A stretch of DNA of 63,560 nucleotides, filler included, from Globobulimina sp. (GCA_003354225.1; 34 parts of 34 records of this genome joined end to end with filler, not necessarily neighbours in it); one strand, 5' to 3'; positions 12,311 to 23,007 are shown, counted from the whole stretch's first letter. Numbers and translations: made by a program. The notes: generated by a model not told the origin, from the sequence alone.

Positions 12311-13014
12311 TTGTTTTATTCAGCTCCCTCTCCAATTTTAGTTGATTACTTACACTTTCGTAATAAATTGAAAGCTCAAGAATATATTCAACAAATACAG
12401 GCTGCGCAAATATACGCTCCTCAATCAACACAACATATTGTATCTAATACGATATCAAAGATTACAGCTCAATTACATGCGACACACGCACAATTACGCA
12501 GCATTTATCCACAATTGACTTCATTACAAAGTCAAAATATTAATACGCAGCAATTTGAAACCCGCTATGAACAACATCGCAGGCAATATTTATTATATCT
12601 GCAGCAAATAAAACAATTACAAACATATTTACAACAACAAATAAAACAAAATGATGATACATCCAAACCATTGGAGCATAAAACAAATGCAATGGATAAT
12701 GGCAATAATAAATGCGGGATGGCGCTGCAACATATTGACTATTTATTGAATGTATTTGACAACACCGTCACAAAGAAACTAGAGAAAGACAAGTGCGTTG
12801 AAAATGTATTTACGAGTTCAAGAATAGCCATGTCAACGTATCACAAAATATGGACATATCTATTAAATGAAACGCCGTTGAATGATAACTTAGTTATAAC
12901 CTCCACTTTATTTCGTGATATAACCTATAACCATCACCTATTTGTCTCCTCATTTCATATACGATTAGATCCATCATTCATTTTCAGCAAACATAACCAT
13001 AACCAATTTCAAAT
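12311..13014 (+). CDS. Gln-rich coiled-coil protein fragment, eukaryote-like, lacking a clear start
   Basis: Long open frame (TTG start only), Q-rich, runs to the contig edge. Confidence 0.5.
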
Positions 13015-13114
13015 NNNNNNNNNNNNNNNNNNNNNNNNNNNNNNNNNNNNNNNNNNNNTTAATTAATTAANNNNNNNNNNNNNNNNNNNNNNNNNNNNNN
13101 NNNNNNNNNNNNNN

Positions 13115-13165
13115 ATTGCGATCAGCATGGACGGAAGGGGGCGGGACAACGTCATTATCGAGCGG
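13115..13165 (+). mobile_element. IS3-family transposase remnant (bacterial)
   Basis: Translates IAISMDGRGRDNVIIER, matching the IS3 integrase-core motif ISMDGKGRxxDNIFIER with two residues missing. Similarity ends after ER. Confidence 0.7.
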
Positions 13166-13549
13166 CAATGTCTTTGCTATTGAAAAGAGTGAGAAAATTG
13201 AAAGGGTAATAACGATGATAAAAAAACAAACCGTTACCAGCCTCGATATTACTGAAAATGGGTAAAAATAATATATGTAAATTAACTTAATTAAGTAATT
13301 AAACTTGAACTTTGGGTCCTTTGTTAAACTTTGGGTGAATCCTGGAATATACAACAATACATCGCTAGGTCGGGATTCGTAACCGATTTCACGACAAAGG
13401 AACGGTATCATCAGTCTCCATTGGTCGGGAAATTCGTCCATCAATCCCGCCTGCGGTTGATTAAAAGTCCGGTTCCAATTGCAACGCTTTGAGCACAAAA
13501 CATTGTCTCTACACTGTCAAAGGTTACTTCAGAATATCAAATACAAGTG

Positions 13550-14887
13550 TTATTGCAAGGATATTTCATCTTTTTCATACTTGAACATAATTAAATCCAT
13601 CGCAAAACGATGATAATTATATTCTGCAAATATTTTATGATGAATTTTAAAAATGATAAATAATATGACTGTTGATACAGAAAGCAAACTAATAAGAATC
13701 ATCAGAGCCTGCACATGATTTACAATTTTATAATGAATTAATATTTGAATTAAACATCCAATTAAACCACAAATAAATCCTAAAATACGAATTATCGACA
13801 CAGCATAAGGGAAATATGGTTCATTTTGAGTCAATCCATATTTAAATAAATTTGAAAGACAAAGTTTGAATGTTATCATTAATAGGAATAACATGCATAA
13901 TAATTGTGAGATAATAATCAAATATTCTTGACCAGCATTTGCAAATAAAAATGAACCAGACATCAACATAAAGTATTCTGTGACAGTCACAATCGATAAA
14001 TATGGAGCAATCACTTTAATTGTATTTGAAAATGACATAAATTGAATACATCCTTCTTTGCCATCATCCTGCAGATATTCTTCCTCTTCCATAGCAAAAA
14101 TAGGTGCAATCATTGCACAAAATGGTATATAATATCCAAGCAAAACCAAAGCAATGCAACAATATATTTTATGTTTGCCTGTCCAGCATAGAGTTTCTCC
14201 ATCAATCCTCCAAACAGAATCAGTGTCACATGACAATATTAAAATAATTTTTTGACAAATTATCAAAAATAAAGAATCAGAGATGAATGCGATTATTTTT
14301 GCAATCCATTTGTTCATATTTTTAATCTCACCATGGCCATAAATAATGCTTCCAATAAAAGAATGAAAATAAAACTCTGTGGCTTCCTCATCATTATCCT
14401 TTCCATATTTTGCTGTTCCAAATGTTTTTAATTCCACAATAAACCGCCACATAAAAATAATTAGCAATAAACAGACAAAAAATAATGAAAAAAACATATA
14501 ATAATCCAATAGATGAAGATTTAAAACATTTATATTTAAATAACATATTTGAATCCATTGCTTGATTTTGATCATAACCGCATTGTCGGAACCTTTGTCA
14601 TTGTTATTTGTTTCAATCACTTGTAACGTTAAAAATGTTAATTGACATATTTGGTACAACATTAATAAAATGGCAATCAGCGAACCAATATTAAATATAA
14701 ATTGTTTTGGTTGCACAAATTCTTTATCGTTTTCATCATATTTTGCATATTTTCGTTTTTCAAAAGATTTATAACCACGAAATGTTCCAAACGACTGAAA
14801 TATTAAAATTAAAACCAAATATGATGCAATCCATAATTTCATAGACAAAGCATCATCAATATTAGGTATTATTTTATATATTATAAT
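13550..14887 (-). CDS. Multi-pass membrane region of a large eukaryotic protein, 5'-partial
   Basis: More than 430 codons with ~9-10 hydrophobic helices and an LSCD...CWTGKH loop typical of protist multi-TM receptor-like proteins. Confidence 0.75.
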   Translation of the reverse strand: MIIYKIIPNIDDALSMKLWIASYLVLILIFQSFGTFRGYKSFEKRKYAKYDENDKEFVQPKQFIFNIGSLIAILLMLYQICQLTFLTLQVIETNNNDKGSDNAVMIKIKQWIQICYLNINVLNLHLLDYYMFFSLFFVCLLLIIFMWRFIVELKTFGTAKYGKDNDEEATEFYFHSFIGSIIYGHGEIKNMNKWIAKIIAFISDSLFLIICQKIILILSCDTDSVWRIDGETLCWTGKHKIYCCIALVLLGYYIPFCAMIAPIFAMEEEEYLQDDGKEGCIQFMSFSNTIKVIAPYLSIVTVTEYFMLMSGSFLFANAGQEYLIIISQLLCMLFLLMITFKLCLSNLFKYGLTQNEPYFPYAVSIIRILGFICGLIGCLIQILIHYKIVNHVQALMILISLLSVSTVILFIIFKIHHKIFAEYNYHRFAMDLIMFKYEKDEISLQ

Positions 14888-14987
14888 NNNNNNNNNNNNN
14901 NNNNNNNNNNNNNNNNNNNNNNNNNNNNNNNTTAATTAATTAANNNNNNNNNNNNNNNNNNNNNNNNNNNNNNNNNNNNNNNNNNNN

Positions 14988-15194
14988 TGCAATGGCATCG
15001 GGTCTCTTTATGCCGATAAATAACGTCATACATTCATTGTACATATCCGCATTGCAATACGCATCCATCATAGCACTCAAAGTAACAACATCTTTATCGT
15101 CATTATGTATAGCATTAAATACATTTTTTGCATTATTTATATCTTTAAAATGTCCATAAAATGAAATCAATGCATTATTTAACCAAATATTCAA
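14988..15194 (-). CDS. Pentatricopeptide-repeat protein fragment
   Basis: NIWLNNALISFYGHFKDINNAKNVFNAI and DVVTLSAMMDAYCNADMYNECMTLF are PPR motifs. No true start is visible. Confidence 0.8.
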
Positions 15195-15499
15195 ATTGAT
15201 GCATGCTTTTTTATTACATTCATCGTCGTTTGTTTATAATGGTACATTCATATGAATTTAGTATGGGAACAATGTTTTGAATCAACAAAATTGGAACAAG
15301 ATTTTGAAACATGAGTTTTGGGATTCACCATTGTTATGTTTTGGGATATCAGTCTGGGACATTAACTCAATTCTCAAACTAATATCCTTGTCCAGTTTGT
15401 TGTGTTGCTGCATTGAGATGTTTTTAGTAAAGCGGAAAACTTTGAAATTTTAAGTGCAAGGATGTGATTAGTAATAATTAATAAATTACAAAAAAAACG

Positions 15500-16630
15500 T
15501 TATTGAGCTTTCAAACAAGAATTAGGTTTAGTATCTGAAGCACTTCCATATGCTTGTTGACATGTAAAATCCCCACCATTTTTATATGCACTAATATGAA
15601 CATGATTCAATTCAATATGGTGACATGGAGTTGAATCTTGACACAAGAATTGGCCGGCATTACCACCTCCAGTCGCTGTTACATTTTCAATCAACACTCC
15701 ATCAATTACTAAATAAGATTGTTTCTCCTCATTGCCATTATAAAATTGTGTGATTACTATTGGGTTTTCAACATTTTTCATATTTAAATTTGTATAAGAA
15801 ATATCCCACAATCTACCTGGACCAGCACCGGGATTAGTTTTGATACGAATACCATTATGAGTTCCATTGAAAGTGATATTGTTAAATGTGATGTTTTTAT
15901 GCCATCCATTAGCGAGTGAACCAATGCTGCCGCCATGTCCCTCCCCAAAATAACAATTTTCCACCAATGTATCATTGGCATGACAGGCGACATTGTCATC
16001 GCCATTGGAAAAATAGCAATCATGATTCCAGAATGGAGAGCCATGCACATCGACTGCATCAGTGTTACCTGCGGTATATGGCGCCAACACAGTCACATGA
16101 TCCAATTCCGCAGCATCTGCATACAATTCAAGACAGTGAGTTGGTGGGTCTTTGAATGTTAAATCTTTGATTACCAAATTGCGACACCCCTCCGCTTTCA
16201 CAGTGGTAGGCCGGAAGGCAGTCGTATCTTCCCACCAGACTTGCCCCTGTCCATTCACTTCACCTTTACCAAACATTCGCAGTCCATCCACATGAGTGAA
16301 TGTTAAGAAATCTTGGGAGCCCGGCCATTTTCTACGATCATTATTAATCACCAAATAAGCGCCTGCTTGAATTTCAAATCCAATATTATTCACTTTAGTG
16401 GCATTTAAGGCAAATGATAAGAATGACTTTCCGGATGGAAATGAAACTAATCCGTTGGCGTTATTCAAATAGCAATCATTAAATGCTTGTTGAATGGATG
16501 ACGTGTCATCAGATTTACCATCACCTTTTGCTCCATAGCCCATTGGATTGCATGTTTTTTTGTATTGGCTTTCTACAACGAAATATATCAAAGACAATTG
16601 CAATACAAGTAACAACACTGCAGCTGGCAT
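15500..16630 (-). CDS. Secreted glycoside hydrolase family 28 (polygalacturonase-like)
   Basis: Signal peptide from ATG 16630 (MPAAVLLLVLQLSLIYFVVES), YGAKGDGKSDDT, and all four GH28 motifs: NTD, GDD, GHG(GSIGS), RIKT. Confidence 0.95.
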   Translation of the reverse strand: MPAAVLLLVLQLSLIYFVVESQYKKTCNPMGYGAKGDGKSDDTSSIQQAFNDCYLNNANGLVSFPSGKSFLSFALNATKVNNIGFEIQAGAYLVINNDRRKWPGSQDFLTFTHVDGLRMFGKGEVNGQGQVWWEDTTAFRPTTVKAEGCRNLVIKDLTFKDPPTHCLELYADAAELDHVTVLAPYTAGNTDAVDVHGSPFWNHDCYFSNGDDNVACHANDTLVENCYFGEGHGGSIGSLANGWHKNITFNNITFNGTHNGIRIKTNPGAGPGRLWDISYTNLNMKNVENPIVITQFYNGNEEKQSYLVIDGVLIENVTATGGGNAGQFLCQDSTPCHHIELNHVHISAYKNGGDFTCQQAYGSASDTKPNSCLKAQ

Positions 16631-16903
16631 GTTCCTTGACCCAGGTTTTTTTTTAGTGAAAAACTGCAACTGGCATTTTTTCTGCTTATATTTGGACTTC
16701 TTCTTTCTGCATCGCAGCCATTGTCATCCACATATCCTGGAATGAACTATACTGATCCATNNNNNNNNNNNNNNNNNNNNNNNNNNNNNNNNNNNNNNNN
16801 NNNNTTAATTAATTAANNNNNNNNNNNNNNNNNNNNNNNNNNNNNNNNNNNNNNNNNNNNAAAACAAAATTCTAAGCTGATCAGGATAAAATCATTGTGT
16901 TTA

Positions 16904-16929
16904 TGTGATGTGATGTGATGTGATGTGAA
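16904..16929. repeat. (TGTGA)n microsatellite
   Basis: About five tandem copies of TGTGA. Confidence 0.8.
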
Positions 16930-17243
16930 TGGGAGTGTAGTCAGAGGGGTGCATGGCATGCAAAGGATCATCAATCAATTCTCAATAATACATAAAGTAA
17001 ACCAGTGTATTAATGAGATTCAGTACAAGTCTGTGAAGTTTCTCATCTTTAGAACTACATTATATCGCATAAAATACAAACCTTTTTGTTTTGATGTGTA
17101 AATCCATGCCATTCTTTGATTTGTTTGGGCTATTTGGGTGTGCGTGCACGAGATAGTTGCTTTGCTTGGAATGTCATGTCATGATTACAGAAGAGAGATG
17201 TGTGGAAAAGAGTTTTTGTTTGTTGTTTTTTTCTGTCACAAAG

Positions 17244-18633
17244 ATGTTTTCCTGTTTTGCAAAAATGCTTTCATCGAAAGAAGAAAAAGAGAACAAACTG
17301 AAAGAAGAACAAATCAGCAAAAACGAACAACCCACAGATAATCATAAAGAAAAAACTAGCAAAGAACCAACAAAATCAGATGCAACATCCACAACAAAAC
17401 AAGAATTACATGAAAATAAGGATGAAGATACTAAACAAAACGATGATATTGACACTATGGACGAAACCACAAATGAAAATGAAGCAGATTCATCAAACAA
17501 AAATGATAAACAACAATTAGCTAAATTGTCAGATGCAACATCCACAACAAAACAAAATGATGAAAAGACTCCGACAAAACAAGAATTGCAAGATAATAAT
17601 GATGAAAATTACAAACAACAACAATTAGCTAAATTATCGGATGCATTCATAATACCAAATGACGACAGCAAAGAAGAAAAAGACAATGAAGAGAAAGAAG
17701 AAAAAAAGATTGATGATATTGATACTGACGAAAAGAAAGAAGATTTAATCCAAATTAAAAGCATCGCAATGGAAGATAGAAAAGCATATTACTTTTTAAA
17801 TCCAACTGGATTGAACCCCGAATATGATCGTGATGTCGTATCCATATTGGCATTAAGTGATACCTTATCCACCCACACTATGGATATGATGCAAGACATT
17901 CCATCCGTTGATATATTAATTCATGCCGGCAATTTTACCTTAGACGGCACATTGAAACAAGTTCAAGAGTTCAATGAATGGATCAATTTGTTATTAAAAA
18001 CAAAACAATGTAAATATGCGTTGATTATAGCTGGTAATCATGAAATCAATTTTGATAAACAATATTATCAATCCTTACAACATCATAATGAGATAGCAAC
18101 AGTTGAAGGCGTGCCTGATAATATTAATAATGAAGAAGAAGAAGAAGAAGCTAATAACGAATATGAGGGCGGCACCGGCACGCAATTGGATGATAGTAAT
18201 GATTTGGAGGTTGATATGGTGAAAAAATGTCGACACAGCATTAAGAATGCTATTTATTTGGAAGATCAAGGCATTGAGATATTAGGACTTAAATTTTACG
18301 GTACACCATGGAGCATTCATCATAATGATGATAATGATGATTTAAATGGAAATTATAGAGCTTTTTCGGTTGAGAGTGAGGCTGAAATGAAGAAACTGTG
18401 TGCAAATATACCGTATGATGTGGATGTAATGATAAGTCATTACCCACCGTATTTGCATGGTGATGGTGAATATAATGTTGGCAGTAAAGCGTTGATTGAA
18501 AAGTTATATATGGATATTCAACCAAATGTTCATGTTTTTGGACATGTAACGTCTTGTCATGGTGTTACGACGCAAGCAAATATGGAGACTGCGTTTATGA
18601 ATGTTAATTGCAGCAATGAGGAAAGTGAGATGC
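17244..18633 (+). CDS. MPPED1/2-like metallophosphoesterase-fold protein with acidic repetitive N-terminus, 3'-partial
   Basis: LSDTLS, DILIHAGNFT, IAGNHE, YLED..IEILGLKFYGTPW, ISHYPP, HVFGHV. N-terminal repeats SDATSTTKQ (x2) and QQLAKLSDA (x2). Confidence 0.85.
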
Positions 18634-18735
18634 NNNNNNNNNNNNNNNNNNNNNNNNNNNNNNNNNNNNNNNNNNNNTTAATTAATTAANNNNNNNNNNN
18701 NNNNNNNNNNNNNNNNNNNNNNNNNNNNNNNNNTG

Positions 18736-20106
18736 AGTGACCTTGAAAGGTTTAATCACTGTAAGCAACTGTGCAACAACTTTGTTAAGAGCACTAGAAA
18801 CTCAAGTATTGCGACACCAATTGAATATCTGATTGCATTCAAAGGGTTACCTCAACATTTCCGTAAATCGGAATTGGCCCAAATTGCAAATCATAACTCC
18901 TTTAAAATAAGCCAACGACTTAAACCGCAGATTGACAGCGATGGGATTACGTTAAAAAACATTAAAATTGATCCACGAACACATGAAATCCAAAGAAAAT
19001 ACAGCGAGAGGAATGATAGTTACAATGAAGAATATTATTTGCAAAATATTCGCATATTCAGCATCAGGGAGTGTGAAGGCGTCCCATTGCCCGAAGCAAC
19101 AATGGCGGCTCGCATTGTTGGCAGAAGAGTGCGACTGTGCTTATATGCAAATGACAAAGCAATATCGAATGTGTTTACAATTCCCGCGTCATGGAAACAA
19201 ACAGAAGAAGATCAATGGAAATTTGGTGGGAATAATGTGTGGAAAGATTCGCTGTCTGCGACAGTTTCTGAGTGGAATACATTTTGTGTGTCAATTCCGC
19301 ATAATGTGACTGGGAAAATGGAGTTATTCATTGAACTGTGCATTACTATCAAACAAGAAGCGGATCCGGATGGCAGTGGTGAGGAAATGTTGTGTGGATG
19401 GAGCAAATTGGAAATTCACAACACAAAAAATATAAATGTTTGTAGTCATAAATTGAAAATCTATGGCGGCACATTACAGAATGAATCAGTGATAAACGAG
19501 ACAGATATTCGAAATGATACAAGCACAAGTTTGAGTTTTCGAAAATTAAAACAAGCATTGACGTCGATTCAATCTGTTATAAAAATAGAAGAAGAGAGTT
19601 ATAATAATTTTAGTGCCAAAAATAAAGAATATGTTAAATGGATGCCAGAGAATATAATAATACCTGTATCAGGTTGTAAAATTATTGAATTGTATTATGA
19701 ATTAATGGCAGATTGTTGGTGTCGGAACAAACGAATATTTAATAATTTTCAATTTTTTACACAGAATTTATATCAAACATTGTTATTATTTATTATTGAC
19801 AGACCTAATTTGCTGTGTATATTGATTGATGAATGGAAATTAAAATTAGATTCATTTTGGAGATCACAGAAAAATGATAACAAATTTGTTAAAAAAGAAT
19901 TTAAAATATTAATAAAACAATTTATAGCATTATTAGTTAATTACAATTTAATTGAAAATCAACTAACTTCCTTAAACCAACAAAGGTTGAGTTTTGTTAA
20001 ACAAATTATTAAAGGAAATATTCGGCAAATTTTAAATGGAAATAAAGCATCATCTTCCATTCCGTTAATATATGCACCATTCACCACAGACTTGTTTCTT
20101 TCTTGA
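18736..20106 (+). CDS. NPHP1: Nephrocystin-1-like ciliary transition-zone protein, C-terminal part
   Basis: RRVRLCLY....ISNVFTIPASW....QWKF, LFIELCI, EMLCGW, IYGGT and MPENII follow the order of the NPHP1 C-terminal region. The frame is open from the contig edge. Confidence 0.8.
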   Translation, partial: SDLERFNHCKQLCNNFVKSTRNSSIATPIEYLIAFKGLPQHFRKSELAQIANHNSFKISQRLKPQIDSDGITLKNIKIDPRTHEIQRKYSERNDSYNEEYYLQNIRIFSIRECEGVPLPEATMAARIVGRRVRLCLYANDKAISNVFTIPASWKQTEEDQWKFGGNNVWKDSLSATVSEWNTFCVSIPHNVTGKMELFIELCITIKQEADPDGSGEEMLCGWSKLEIHNTKNINVCSHKLKIYGGTLQNESVINETDIRNDTSTSLSFRKLKQALTSIQSVIKIEEESYNNFSAKNKEYVKWMPENIIIPVSGCKIIELYYELMADCWCRNKRIFNNFQFFTQNLYQTLLLFIIDRPNLLCILIDEWKLKLDSFWRSQKNDNKFVKKEFKILIKQFIALLVNYNLIENQLTSLNQQRLSFVKQIIKGNIRQILNGNKASSSIPLIYAPFTTDLFLS

Positions 20107-20233
20107 TAAATTATTATGAAATATTGTTTTTGTGTGTGTTGGGTCTGTATATTTAAAAAGTGAGTAGGAATAAAAAGTGAGTCGTCACTATCCAATTTCT
20201 GAAAATCCAGCAATATTTTACTATTTACACTAA

Positions 20234-20413
20234 TGGAATGTTGGTAAATTACGTAATTAAAATTTGACCCTAGGTCCCATCACAATTGCAACAAATTGTA
20301 ACAACTTCAAACTTTTTTTCTTAAAGGATTGTAAATGATTGTAAACAAATTGCAACAATGTAGGACCTAGGACCTAGGGTCAAATTTTAATTACGTAATT
20401 TACCAACATTCCC
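20234..20413. mobile_element. MITE, Tourist/PIF-Harbinger-like
   Basis: Perfect 43-bp inverted repeats at 20235-20277 and 20370-20412 plus one mismatched terminal base. TAA on both sides (20231-20233, 20414-20416). No ORF inside. Confidence 0.8.
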
Positions 20414-20908
20414 TAAGAAATGAATCATAGCAACTCTACATTTAACTTTTTTGGCTTAGTTTCGTTTCGTTTCATTTCAACGATTAGCAAAGTTTTTAGG
20501 TCAACTNNNNNNNNNNNNNNNNNNNNNNNNNNNNNNNNNNNNNNNNNNNNTTAATTAATTAANNNNNNNNNNNNNNNNNNNNNNNNNNNNNNNNNNNNNN
20601 NNNNNNTTTTTGTTTGGTGAAAATGAAAGAAAACTCAAAGACTTAAATAAAGACTTCGGAATTTCCTGAAAAAGGGAGTAATGTGGTATATTAACATATT
20701 GTACCCCCCCTATTGTAAGCCCCTTATACTTAAGCTAGTCTTAGACCTTAATTTAGTACTTAGTCATTCCTACTAAGAAGTTACGCTATACCATATGGTT
20801 TGATGGGAAGTTAAAATTGTTTATTATTACTAATCTCATTGCATGTACTAGACTTTAGTAAATTTATTGTTAAGTGTCAGTAACAAAAAAAATCTAAATT
20901 CAGTATTG

Positions 20909-21394
20909 TTACTCAAAATCATCATCAAAATCTTCAGCTCCATCTTCATCTCCATCTTCATCACCACCTCCACCTCCACCTCCAACTCCACCTCCAACCA
21001 TAGCTGTTCCCATAAAAAATCCCATCATACCACCCATGAAACCTCCATCTTCTTCCTCCTCTTCTTCTTCAACAGGATTCTCTGCATGTATTTTTTGAAT
21101 GCATGCAACCCATTCTTGCATTTCGATATTTGACTCTGCTTCGAATGTACGACTGCCATCAGATGACATTAAGTTAAATTTTGTCAAAGGAACTTCCTCC
21201 ACTGCAGTGTACTCCAATAAGTCAAATATTTCCGTAGAGTCGCGGCTGTATTGTGCTCTGTAGGATATCAATGTGGTGCCTTTCAAAACCATCCATCGTT
21301 TTCTGTTGCGTTTCAAATATTTGGATTCCTTAAACAAATATCCTGCTTTGATGGTTGGTGCATTCGCATCAATCTTACTGTTTGATCCGCCCAT
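20909..21394 (-). CDS. Small PH-domain protein with Gly/Asp/Glu-rich tail
   Basis: MGGSNS start; IKAGYLFKES...RKRWMVLKG...RTFEAESNIEMQEWVACIQ. Confidence 0.88.
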   Translation of the reverse strand: MGGSNSKIDANAPTIKAGYLFKESKYLKRNRKRWMVLKGTTLISYRAQYSRDSTEIFDLLEYTAVEEVPLTKFNLMSSDGSRTFEAESNIEMQEWVACIQKIHAENPVEEEEEEEDGGFMGGMMGFFMGTAMVGGGVGGGGGGGDEDGDEDGAEDFDDDFE

Positions 21395-21612
21395 TGCATC
21401 AACGAAAAAGCACTCTTGAAAAGTTACGCTACAAAGTACAAATCCGCTCAATCATTGACAATGTGTTCTAAATATTTGCCTGAAACGGCAGAAAAATAAT
21501 TTAATACTTAATATATAACAAGAAACTAAGGGGAAATTTTTAGGGAAAATATTAATTAAAAAAGCAACGAAATTAAAAAAAACTAATATTAATATTAAAA
21601 ATTAGTACAATA

Positions 21613-22165
21613 TCAATATCTTTCGTCAGTATTAACAATTGTTCCATAAAAATCATTATGTATACCACGTAATTCCTTCTCCATTACCTTTGATCTTTGC
21701 CGATAAAAACATGCACCAAATACAACCACCACCGCAAACATCCCGCCTGCAATACCACCATAAATATAATACGACTCGGCATTATTACCCTCATTGCCCG
21801 GCATCGGAGGCATATTTGCGACATATGGCACATTATTTTTTGACATACAATAAACGCCTTGTAATTGCCACGCCAACGCAACATCTTGTTTTCTATCATC
21901 CCATTCACTCTCAACAAATATATCCTCGACCGCGCCAATCATCGCACATAGGCCTTGATTATAAGTCGTATCTTGGCCCCAATAATAATAATTCGCTTGG
22001 GATGCCAATAAAAACACATCCTGCACAGTCCACTCTCGATATAAATCTAAATTCACCAAATTGTACCATCCTTTGTTATACACACCGCTGCTGTAATGCA
22101 CATTCATTCCATTGTAATAATTATTCACATGATCAATGGAACTGCCATCCAATGGAACTGCCATC
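21613..22165 (-). CDS. Peptidase M4 (pseudolysin/vibriolysin-like) C-terminal domain plus transmembrane anchor, 5'-truncated
   Basis: DGSSIDHVNNYYNGMNVHYSSGVYNK...ANYYYW...YNQGLC...DVALAWQLQGVYC, then TM helix IYGGIAGGMFAVVVVFGACFY and a basic stop-transfer RQRSK. Confidence 0.85.
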
Positions 22166-22479
22166 CAATCGCGCCAAACCAAAATCAGCCGACATCGATG
22201 GTATTAATATCATAGCATCGTACCATCAATGCTTAATCCGCGAAATATTATCATTGGATACCAATTGTAATTATTTTTGTCCATTACAGCCAAAGCCGAC
22301 ACCAAAAACGTATCCAAATCAACCGACGCCCGTTGGCGAATCACTTAATTGCATCATCCCACTCAAACCATTGGATACTNNNNNNNNNNNNNNNNNNNNN
22401 NNNNNNNNNNNNNNNNNNNNNNNTTAATTAATTAANNNNNNNNNNNNNNNNNNNNNNNNNNNNNNNNNNNNNNNNNNNN

Positions 22480-22958
22480 TGATTGCATTGTCTCTGTTGG
22501 ACGCAACCATATTTTTATACCGTTCGCAAGATCCAATAAAGATTGTGGCGCTTTTTGAGAAAATGGTGGATGAGAATTTAATTCAATATCAGCAATACGA
22601 CAATAAATTGAAAAGTAATGTGATTGATTTGCATTATTTCGAATTATGGCAAGTTAAATTTATCATTGCGTATTTAATTGGATTCAAATTGGATGAGTTG
22701 CTGACTGTTAATCAGGATGGACTGTGGATTGTTGTTGTTGGCAAACAGAAACTTAAAGATAAACATGCTCTTAATTCACTATATAAATTGCAAAGTTTTG
22801 TGGTTGATGAGTTATATTCATGGAAGCCAGCGATAATTTGTGATACACAAACATTAGAAAACGGCACTATATTCATTGCAAGAACAGAATTAACACATTA
22901 CATCAGTAATGATATGAACTACGCTAAGCAGAAACTCACTGTTCCATCTCAGCATTGA
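22480..22958 (+). CDS. C-terminal Smr-like domain, probably of a PPR-SMR protein, 5'-partial
   Basis: IVALFEKMV helix, then VIDLHYF....VKFII...WIVVVGK, resembling the Smr pattern LDLHG...IVTGKG. Confidence 0.6.
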
Positions 22959-23007
22959 TTAAAGATGTTGTGGGTGACATGATCACTGACAAAAAGGTTT
23001 TGAACAT

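Noticed and set aside
21639-22130. 262-aa plus-strand His-rich ORF
   Set aside because: Mostly antisense to the M4 protease; only the part after about 22170 may be coding.
22165-22200. ADFGLARL on the minus strand as a kinase DFG motif
   Set aside because: The frame is closed by a stop shortly upstream and no other kinase motifs are present.
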